From positions 1,364,001-1,428,000 of the forward strand of contig NOWV01000001.1 in assembly GCA_003344405.1 (NCBI GenBank): DNA of 64,000 bases. Reading direction: 5' to 3'. The notes below the pieces were generated by a model. The model made no database searches. It was not told the DNA's origin and saw only the letters and a program-made list of their open reading frames with translations. Positions 32,570-42,763 of the stretch are shown here, one piece after another. Made by a program: the position numbers and the translations under genes. Every line of letters starts with the position of its first letter. The first letter of the stretch is position 1. The stretch comes from Trichoplax sp. H2. Lineage: Eukaryota.

Positions 32570-34205
32570 ATTTCGTTAAGTGCAAAAATATGACATCCGC
32601 TGCTCAATTATTTTAATCTAGCATTTTATATTTACTAATCTTTATTTATTTATGTGCGCGTAGGATTAATTTTATGCTATGCAAAGTACAATATTTGCTA
32701 ATCTTTATTTATTTATGTGCGCGTAGAATTAATTTTATTCTATGCAACGTACAATATCTACTGTTCAATAGTTTTTAGTCTATCGCTTTTATTTTTACCA
32801 ATCTTCATTTATTTATATCGAAGCAATTTCATAATGTGCAGAATACAATATCCACCGTTCAATGGTTTTAGTGTAGTATTTTATTTTATCAACTTCATAT
32901 ATGTACAGCCAAGCAATTTTATGATGTGCATAATACAACATCCGCTGTTTTGTTATTTTAATCTAGCGTTTTACTTTACCAATCTTCATTAATTTATACG
33001 TATACGCGTATGTTATAATTCTATTTGCAGCGAGAAAAAATGAAAGCTATTACAGAAACTTAACACTACGAGTCTACTGCCAGGTATGTCCTCCCCTACA
33101 TCGACCGACATTGAGGACGCTAAATATTGACGACTTCCTATCGTTAGGAGGAACGGTCACCAATACTTATTGGATAATCTAAAAGCAAGCACTTATTTAT
33201 TGAAAAAAACATGGAAAAAGTCATCGATAAATTGATACTAAGACATTCCTAGCAAGAAGCCATGTTATGGCTCTTAAGCTTCCGTATTAGCGTGGAATGA
33301 ATTAATTACTTTTTATAACGTGTAAAATGTAATGTAATATCCACTGTTGCAACAGTTTTAGTCTAGCGTTTTTTATTTTTTATCGATCTTCATTTATTTA
33401 TTTATATCGAAGCAATCTTATGACGTCAAAATGCTATATCCACCCTACAACAGTTTAGCGTTTTATTTTACCAACTTCATTTATTGACATCGAAGCAATT
33501 TTATGATGTGCAAACTCAATATCCACCCTTTAACAGTTTTAGTCTAACGTTTTTATTTTGACCAACTTCATTTATTGACATCGAAGCAATTTTATGATAT
33601 ACAAAACTTAATATCTACTGTTGAACAGTTTTAGTCTAGCGTTTTTATTTTGACCAATTTCATTTATTGATATTGAGGCAATTTTATGATATGCAAAACT
33701 TAATATCTACCGCTGATCAGTTTTAGTCTAGTGTTTTTATTCTGACCAATTTCAAATATTGATATTGAAGCAACTTTATGATGTGCAAAACTTAATATCT
33801 ACCATTGAACAGTTTTAGTCTAGCGTTTTTATTTTGACCAACTTCATTTATTGATATTGAAGCAATTTTATGATGTGCAAAACTTAATATCTACCGTTGA
33901 TCAGTTTTAGTCTAGCGTTTTTATTTTGACCAATTTCAAATATTGATATTGAAGCAATTTTATGATGTGCAAAACTTAATATCTACCATTGAACAGTTTT
34001 AGTCTAACGTTTTTATTTTGACCAATTTCAAATATTGATATTGAAGCAATTTTATGATGTGTAAAATTTAATATCCACCATTGAACAGTTTTAGTCTAGC
34101 GTTTTATTTTGACCAACTTCATTTATTGACAGCGAAGCAATTTTATGATGTGTAGAATTTGACCTCCACTACTTGATTAGTTTTTAGACTAGCGTAGCAA
34201 TCTTC
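32570..34205. repeat. 92-bp tandem satellite, homogeneous core ~33530-34200 with degenerate copies to ~32570
   Basis: cagttttagtctagcgtttttattttgaccaa recurs with a 92-bp period near 33624, 33716, 33808, 33900, 33992 and 34084. Unrelated sequence interrupts the array at ~33000-33330. Confidence 0.9.
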
Positions 34206-34806
34206 ATTTGTTTTTATACAAGTGCACAGTACATTATCCAATACGATCATGGCTTGAACTTCTATTTGCAATACTTTCGTTTTGTGTCTTGGGTACTTTA
34301 TATTTACATTCTATCATTGACGTTGATGGAAATTTCCTACACTATTTCCCCACAATTTTGCCTACGGTATATATGTCGCGGTACACTAGCCTGCTTGGCG
34401 TTCTTCATATTGTCTATAGTTCTGTGTGTCAACGTATAGCCAAAGACGGTGTTGAGTTACATCATTCTACAATAGCAGTCTATCCCACTTCAATAGACTC
34501 GACTTATGCAAGTTGCTCAATAGATCCGCCATATTTACGCCATGTAGAAGTCGATTAAAAGAGGAAACTATCTTGGATTTGCGATTTAGTAGCCATTATT
34601 TCATCGGTAGAAGGCAATCATCTTGGAAATTATTGATCTATTGTCACAAAATTCATTCCTAACCATCGAGACTACGTTATATCAAAAATTTCAACGAGGG
34701 TGGATGACGGCGTTGTCTTTGTCAGGACTCTTCATTTCTAGCCAGTGTTGGAACATCCATACGACGATTGAATTGATCGTGGCTTACTTTCATTGCTTAC
34801 ACCCAT

Positions 34807-37530
34807 ATGGAAAGCAAATGGAATGAATCAACTCCGATGCAATCGATTCTTTGCAAGTTTCAATCCATTAATCAACAATTTGAACGAATGAAATGCAATG
34901 ACAAAACAAAAATAGACGATTATATCCTTATTGTTGATGGCTTGAAGAGTATTATCGATCTTCTAGAAAACCCTCAAGACGATCGCCAAAAGAGTAGTCT
35001 AAAAGCCCAAACTTGTAGTAGGATCGGTAGTATCTATTATCATCTAATCCAAAATAGCGGTAAAGCCAAGATTTACTTCGATATGTGCATAGAATTGGGT
35101 GCTCAAAGTGCTTGGTTTGAAAGTTGGTACGTAGAAGCAGTGCAATTATCCCAAAAAATTCAATCCGATGCTCAACGAAATCGATCAGATTGGCAAACAT
35201 TCGAAAATAATTTACCCAAACAGACTACTTCGGGTGTAAATAGTCACAATCAGTCGGATTGGAAAGCATTCGAGAAAGATTTACCTCGTCACGATACTGC
35301 CAGTGTAAATAGTCACAATCCAATGGATGATGGAAGCGATCAGAGTCAAACTCCAACAACGGCTGAAATTAAATTATCATCTATTATCAAGAAATTACAG
35401 GCTGCAGACAAGCAATTAGATAAATTACGAAGCAATAGCAATTACCAAACTGACCAGGTCTTGATTTTAATTGATACGTATAAGCAAATTCTACCTATAG
35501 CTATGGACGACGAAATCCATGATAGCAGTGTAATCGCTAAAACAAACAGTAGGATTGGACTATTATTTTATCAATTCTTGAAAAAACCAGAAAAAGCCAA
35601 AGTCTATTTCACACGTTGTAAAATCGTTCATCAGGCCAACAATGATGGTAATAGCAATGAAGAGGATTGGTACCAAGAAGCCAATACTATGTTAAATTTA
35701 ATTCAACAAGAAGATCATCCTAAACCTACTGAGGGTACGCAAAACCAATCTTCTTGTAAGAGTAATCTTCATCAATCTGTTCAAGGTCAACGTCCGACTA
35801 ATGACAGCTCTCCATGGCGCCAACATTTTCCTGACTCGTTTGAAAATGATAAAACTAATGGCAGCTATTCTACTTTTATGGATCATGTTAGTCATGATAC
35901 TAAAACTGTTTTTACTGACGAAGATTTATTCTCATCATGTAATGGCGACGATAGTCCAATTGAAGTAATGCTAGATTCGACCAATAAAGAATACAATTGT
36001 ATAATTAAAAGTATGAATCATAACAATAATACTACTACTTTAAAATTAATTCAGACATATCAACAACTTATTCCTCGTTTCCATCCTTCACAATATCAAA
36101 TTGTTGCTGAGATACAATCTAAGTTAGGAAATATTTACTACAAAATCATTCGAAATTTAAATAAAGCGAGAGAATTTTACGTTAAATGTATTCAATTAAT
36201 GGACACGCATAGTAATAAGGATGAAAATTCAGCAAGCGATTGGCTAATTGCAGCTCGTCAGTCACTCGATCAAATCAATAAATTGAAGGCAGCTAGTGAC
36301 CGTTGCAATGTAAATGCTTTTCAATATGACAATTCGATGTCAAATGACTTTGGTCAAAGCACCAGTGGTAGTAATAATCAGTGGTCATTTAATTCTGGTT
36401 ATACGATATTTGACTCTTATTGGACGCCTCAAAACGTCTTTATAGCGAAATTAAAACTTGATGTAGCAGAAGAGAAATTAAAACGTTCGCTTCATTCCAA
36501 TAGCACCAATTCTGATTTACTCACACAATTGAAGAAAACCTTTCAAGAAATTATTCAAAGTGCTATCTTTAATGAAGAAAACTTAAAAGCAAGAGCATAT
36601 TATAATATTGCCCTAATGCAATATCATTTAGATGTTGACAAAAATGCGGCAAGAACGGGCTTAGAAGCATGTATTAGAGAGGCGGGCAGTAGTTGTACAA
36701 CTGAGCAGTGGTATCAAGATGCACACCAACTATTAAAAACAATAATACGAGGAGATAATACTGCATCTACTTCGAGTAAGCAATCAACCACAACTGAAAG
36801 AACAGATATTGATCCTTCATCTTTTTCGTACGACAATCATATTAGATTACAAATTGCTAAGCAAAGGTTTCATACTTCTGATCAAAAATTAAATACTCTC
36901 CAAGAAGCTAACGACAGCTGCGATCGAGATTTTGAAGCGTTAATTTTAATTGATTCATATAAAGAGATTATTTTCTTATTAAATAAAAATCATTTAGATC
37001 TAATAGCTCAAGCTAACTGTAGAATTGGGAAAATCTATTATTACATTATCCGAAATAACGATAAAGCTATACATTACTGTCAACACTGTATTGATATGGC
37101 ATCAAAGGAGTCGCGACTAGAGAGCTGGTGTAGAGCGGCATTTGATATTATTCAGAAAATCTCAAAAGAAACGGAAGAAAATATTAATAAGCAAGAAGAA
37201 GATCATTTTGACATCAATACTGAGCTTATTCAGGAAGAAGAGAATCTACGACAATCTTGTAACAGCATCGAGAAGCTTTTACGTTTCATTTACCAAAAGT
37301 ATCCACTGCCTCAATACAGAGAGAAAAGCTATCAGTTACCGAAAGTTATTACCATCTCTCAGGAAAAGCGATTGTTGAATAAGGCTCTAGTACATTATCA
37401 TCCAGATCGCAATTCTAGGCGCGAATACGGTTTAAGATGGTATAAACAGTGCGAAATGATAACAAGATGTATCAATGAGTGTAAGAAGAAAGCTGCTATC
37501 GCTAATTGGGCTACGTTTGAGAATGTATGA
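34807..37530 (+). CDS. Intronless 907-aa protein with five TPR-like helical repeats and a C-terminal divergent J (DnaJ-like, HPD) domain
   Basis: Single long ORF. It has five units of the form ..YK.II..L..A....RIG.IYY....KA..Y...C......WY..A, then KRLLNKALVHYHPDRN...WYKQCEMITRCINE. Confidence 0.85.
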   Translation: MESKWNESTPMQSILCKFQSINQQFERMKCNDKTKIDDYILIVDGLKSIIDLLENPQDDRQKSSLKAQTCSRIGSIYYHLIQNSGKAKIYFDMCIELGAQSAWFESWYVEAVQLSQKIQSDAQRNRSDWQTFENNLPKQTTSGVNSHNQSDWKAFEKDLPRHDTASVNSHNPMDDGSDQSQTPTTAEIKLSSIIKKLQAADKQLDKLRSNSNYQTDQVLILIDTYKQILPIAMDDEIHDSSVIAKTNSRIGLLFYQFLKKPEKAKVYFTRCKIVHQANNDGNSNEEDWYQEANTMLNLIQQEDHPKPTEGTQNQSSCKSNLHQSVQGQRPTNDSSPWRQHFPDSFENDKTNGSYSTFMDHVSHDTKTVFTDEDLFSSCNGDDSPIEVMLDSTNKEYNCIIKSMNHNNNTTTLKLIQTYQQLIPRFHPSQYQIVAEIQSKLGNIYYKIIRNLNKAREFYVKCIQLMDTHSNKDENSASDWLIAARQSLDQINKLKAASDRCNVNAFQYDNSMSNDFGQSTSGSNNQWSFNSGYTIFDSYWTPQNVFIAKLKLDVAEEKLKRSLHSNSTNSDLLTQLKKTFQEIIQSAIFNEENLKARAYYNIALMQYHLDVDKNAARTGLEACIREAGSSCTTEQWYQDAHQLLKTIIRGDNTASTSSKQSTTTERTDIDPSSFSYDNHIRLQIAKQRFHTSDQKLNTLQEANDSCDRDFEALILIDSYKEIIFLLNKNHLDLIAQANCRIGKIYYYIIRNNDKAIHYCQHCIDMASKESRLESWCRAAFDIIQKISKETEENINKQEEDHFDINTELIQEEENLRQSCNSIEKLLRFIYQKYPLPQYREKSYQLPKVITISQEKRLLNKALVHYHPDRNSRREYGLRWYKQCEMITRCINECKKKAAIANWATFENV

Positions 37531-39425
37531 AGGTGTGTTATATGAATGTTATTATATTATAGCAAACGCGGAATTGAATGCTAACGATAGAGAATTAGGA
37601 GTACTAAACCCCAAGAAGAAGATGAACCTTATGAAATAAAGTTTATTACTACCGTTAGTTGTAATCATACGCATACAGTGGAATGGATTACGTAAAACAT
37701 GTCTGTAGGATAGACCTATGTAGTGCAAAGGTGCTATTTTTACAGTATCTGTTAAATTAAAAGTATTTCAGTTATTATTGATAAAGAAAAAATTTTATTA
37801 AGTAAGTCTAGATGTAGGATAATTATTGTTACATCCATGTATGATTTTACAGAATCTGAAGTAAGCTGTTACCGTTATATCATTTTGACTTTTAAAAATT
37901 AATTTACGATTACTATAAATACTGCAGTCTTGACTGATATTCGCAATAAAAAGACGAATAATGAATTAAAAATTACTATTAGTTCTAATCAATTTAACAA
38001 CTGATAATTTTTTCATTTAAAAAGAAATTGTTTATTTTTATGATCGTAAGAAGTTAAGCTATCTAAAGTAAAATGCGTGCCAATGTTATATTCGCATTAA
38101 GTTCATCTATAATTAATACCATAGTTTTGTAAGAGATGTTGATCTCGACAGTTTATCGGCTTATCAGCATTATAGCTTCATCAGCTGATATCATTATGGA
38201 AATAATATGATGATATCTCGTAAAACTGCTTGGATTATGAAATTTAATAAAAAGAAAGTTATTCATCTTACAAATTTTATATGAACTTTACACCCTTCGA
38301 ATATATGAAAGGTTCTATCTTGGCATTTCAATATGTATTGTATAACATTAACTAAATTTGCAATCGCCTGAGTCGATAATACCCTAGCTCAAGCTTTGCA
38401 AAGAAATGAGTACAAACGTACGTTTTATATTGGAGACTCATTGCATTTGCTAGTACAAGTATAATAGCTTATTAATGATGGTATTGGTAAAAAAACTCTA
38501 CGATCGTTTGCTTACAAGAGCTGTTAATTTATTTATAGAATCCAAAATACTGTATGTGAGGTTTATGAATGTACTGTTGTTCTTGAAGGTAAGAAAGTTA
38601 TCAAACTGGAGAAGTAACAAAAATTATCTCGACACCTGATATAGCATAGGTCAAGTACCATATTCCTGTTTATATTCTTAGTATACTACGGTAGTCTATT
38701 ATGGCGGCGAGCAGCTTCAATAAGTAGCTTGTATGCAGTCAGATAGAGAGGAAGTCTCCTCAATCTAAATCTTTCCCAACTATGCATCTGTACCATGAGT
38801 TTGGTGTAGATCAAGAGCTTTTACTCGCGATAGCGTGGTGTATGTATGCCAATATATTGATTTCGCACTACCCGTATCATTTACTTAGAAGCTCATGGAT
38901 TATAATCGTATTTGGTCAGTATAGTCAAGAGTTGCAGGTAAAACTGTCAATCGACCAACATTTTGGAGAAAGGATACAATCTATGATAGAACTATTAAGT
39001 AGCAGAGTGGATCGAGTATTCGACGATCAACTTGAGTCTACTCATGTTGCAATATATCAGTATCTACGATTTGGACTGTACATCGCACATACGACCATCT
39101 ACGTTACTTATTCATAAACTACTAGAAAGAATTTTTCCATAATTTCCTTCTAAAGATGTATAACTTATAATCATTAAGGGTAATTATTAATATAGTATCT
39201 ATAAATAGCAGTTAATAGCAAGTTTAAGTGGTGCCTAATCAGCTTAATCGAGTCGTTTTCTTTCGCTAGAATATTTTACAATGATTTGTATAGATCATCC
39301 ATTGATGTTCATGCTCATATACTCATAATCGCATTAGCCAATGGTAGTCAGCCAAAATCTAGTTAACAGTCTTCAACCCACGTGATCTAGGAATCAAGCA
39401 TGCGTCATCGATGCAACTGAGATCG

Positions 39426-39439
39426 GTTTCCATGGTTAA
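39426..39439. promoter_or_regulatory. X-box-like motif upstream of DNAJC27
   Basis: GTTTCCATGGTTAA, with one good GGAAAC half-site, lies ~220 bp upstream of the ATG at 39656. Confidence 0.4.
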
Positions 39440-39655
39440 TATCAAATGACTTCCCAATATTTATACTTTTAAAGTAATAGCCAACTATAGTAATAGTAAG
39501 TGGAAGGTTCGAATAGAGAGATGATTTCCATGGTCTTGAGAATATAATTTTATCCTAGTTTTTAATAGGAATAAACTGGAAAGACTGTTTGGTTACAATC
39601 TATGCTACAAGGATTGTTTATAACTAAATATTGGTTCCATCATTAAGGTATCAAG

Positions 39656-41958
39656 ATGCCGGAAAACTCAGATAACCAGAGGAAAAAGTGGTTACGAATT
39701 AAGATAATAAGTATGGGCGATCCTCAAGTCGGTAAAGTAAGTCGAAATCGTTTCAACAGTTATAGTATCTCTTAAACTTGTATTGAAAGCGATCGTTACG
39801 AATACTATTATCGATCTGTGAGTAGAGCTATAGTGGAATTTAATATTGAGTTGCTAAAGGTAGCTAGAAGGACATCATGCGATAACTTTAGTTAGACAGT
39901 TATATAATAATAAGAATGTAGTACTATAGAATACTGTTAAGAATCCTGTAGTATAAATTGCACAATGTAGCATTTACTGTAGGTACTAGTAGCCTCAAAG
40001 TGACGATAAGCTTACATGTTGATACTTGCTAAGTTACAATTGGATAAGTACAGTAGCAGTATTGCATTTAACTATAACATATTCGCATTTACTTCAGTTT
40101 TCTCCAATATAGGTAGCACAATAGGTAGATTCAAATTTGAATTCATAATATAAGCTAATCATAACGCAATCAAGATCGTCACAAACACTAATCTACCTTA
40201 TTTATTTTTGAGTCATATTATTTTAGCAGTCAAAGAGTCTTATTTATTTATTCATTTCTATTTCAATGCTACTCCTTTAACTAGAGCTGTATCATTAAAC
40301 GATATTGTGAGAAACGTTTTGTATCGAAATACATGGCTACTATTGGTATTGACTATGGTGTAACGAAGTAAGCCCTAGCTAGCTCTAAAACTCTCTGCTA
40401 GAATACTTATTTTAACTTTATTTTTGATTTTAATTGCTCATTCTTTCCTGCTATTGATGGATTATAAATTAGATTCTAATTTTTCTGAGTTTATATTCGT
40501 AGAATAAAGCATAGAAACTTGTAATTAAATTAATATTTTAACTGCATTAATTACAATACTGGATTGATCACATTTCTAGTTGTTGTCTATCGATAAAATG
40601 AAGTTTTTGCTCATACAGATACATATGTAATACGTACTTTGGATATAGGGTAACCATTTAAATTTTATCATATTAGTTATATTTTTTTGTAAAGAAAGAA
40701 TACTTTAAATGAATATATCGCTATGGCTTTCTTTATCGTTATTAGTTTAAGATTATCAATCATTCATGCAACTGACATTTATTAGGATGAACATTAAAGA
40801 TAAAAGAGTTAAAGTCAATATCTTTGATATGTCCGGTGATCCGATTTATTATGAGGTACAGCAATACAAATTTTCTTATAACTTTCTTACTTGAGGTACA
40901 AGTGCATCGTAAATCAACTATACATGTAGCTCGAATTAATAATCAATATAATTATACTTTCTGCAACAGATTCGTAATGAATTTTATAAAGATTCTCAAG
41001 GTGCTTTACTAGTTTATGACGTTTGTAAACAATCAAGTTTTGAATCATTAAAAAAGTGGATTGAAGAAATGAAAAAAGAGATTGATAACCCTGATAGCGT
41101 CAACAAGATGGTCATCGTTGTTTGCGGCAATAAGGTTAGTCTGGTAGTTTTCTGTAGTACCTGCAAACACGATTTGCTACCATGCTTTGTTAATGTCCTT
41201 ATCTTCCATTTTTAAACTAGAACAAATTAATTATAAATGGATTGAGTTATTACAAAGGTTGATACTTATCATTTGTATGCAATCCTATAGACTGATCTAG
41301 GTGGTAGACGTGTTATTAGTGAATCGGACGGTCGCCTTTGGGCAGATAGTTATGGCTATTATTATTTTGAAACTTCTGCCAATAATGACACCGGCATTCA
41401 TGAAGCTTTTGAGGTTCATTAATACGTGTATTAAGCAACAGTGTATTTTAAAAAATATTCTCACTTATGTGTTAATTGCTTTATATTGCGTACATAATAG
41501 ACGTTAGTTCAATCTGTTGTCACTACAGTGACGACCGGTAGTAGACCTACATCTGGAAGCTCATTAAATTATTCTCGAGAACAAGCTGAGTTAGTTACAA
41601 AGATTAAAGCATCTCGAGATAATTATGAAAGACTAGGTGTCCAACCAGGGGCAAACAAGTTAGTATCTTATTATAATTAACGAAAAATTAAATTAATAGC
41701 AGAAAGTAAACGTTGAATCCGATTGTTTAATCCTGTCTTGAATTGGTAACAGAGCTATTTAGCTATAAGTTAATTAGTTAATTTCAAAACAAAGCATAGA
41801 ATTTTTAAGACCATTTTAATTGCTTTAGGGACGAAATTAATAAAGCATATCGAAAGCTAGCCGTTCAGTTACATCCAGACAAGAATACAGCGCCTGGAAG
41901 CGATGAAGCATTCAAAGCGGTTGTCGGAGCAAGAGCTGCTCTTCTAGGCACACGATAA
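39656..41958 (+). CDS. DNAJC27: DNAJC27/RBJ (RJL-family small GTPase fused to a J domain), 7 exons
   Basis: Exons 39656-39736, 40285-40367, 40786-40855, 40970-41134, 41291-41413, 41501-41658 and 41829-41958. Translation includes [60 protein letters not shown] and the J domain [13 protein letters not shown]. Confidence 0.95.
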
Positions 41959-42763
41959 ATATTTCTATATTCTGTATAATAGTTATTTTCATGATCAATA
42001 GTAAATAATGAAATTATAGTACATCTCTATGGCATTTTAGTTAATGGCATACGAGTAAATTTAATGTATACCTTTTAAGGAGTTAGATGCCAATATGTTA
42101 TGAAATGATATCCTATGATATCTTATCGCCTGATTATTATAATTTAAAACTAGGACTAATTTCAAGTATTTCGCTTTAAATATATACGATTCGAAAATAA
42201 TTGAATATTTGCTAATTAACATATCAACAATAATGTACAGCATAAAATTATCGTTTGCAACAAATGTGAAGCAGATATCAATGAGCAGAAACAGAATCAA
42301 ATTTCAATAGGTTCCATAATAAGATTCATGTATAAATATCATTTTATAATTCCTTTACAGTACCAAGAACAAGTTCTGATTAGCGGATAAACCAATGTTG
42401 TAAGTCATATCACGATAAAATTACGCGTCATAGTTCTTTTAAACATTAGCATAAAATAAAAATATGCATGTCTCTATATTGATTAATATCGCTATGTATA
42501 TATGTGAGTTAACCGTAGCTACGCGGAATAGGTATTAATCGAGAATAGCAATTTCGACAATAAACTGTAACTATGACGATACATTGCTTCTTTAAAATAA
42601 TCACTCCCGAATGGAATGATAGCATAATCTTCATTACTTAAGTAACGTTATCGAGTTTTTTTTTCGATATGATTGATGTATGCAGCAGAATATCATTAAT
42701 ATCTCTTCTTTGATAATATAAACATTTACAATAAAAATTATAAAAGCTCAAAGTTATTTCATT

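Noticed and set aside
33530-34200. CRISPR-like regular repeat array
   Set aside because: The whole 92-bp unit repeats with no unique spacers, there are no cas genes, and the context is eukaryotic.
38782-39117. 111-aa intergenic ORF
   Set aside because: No recognisable motif or splice context, so it cannot be supported as a gene.
40786-40855. DNAJC27 G3 motif DMSGDP lacking the catalytic Gln
   Set aside because: This is a known property of RJL/RBJ GTPases, not novel.
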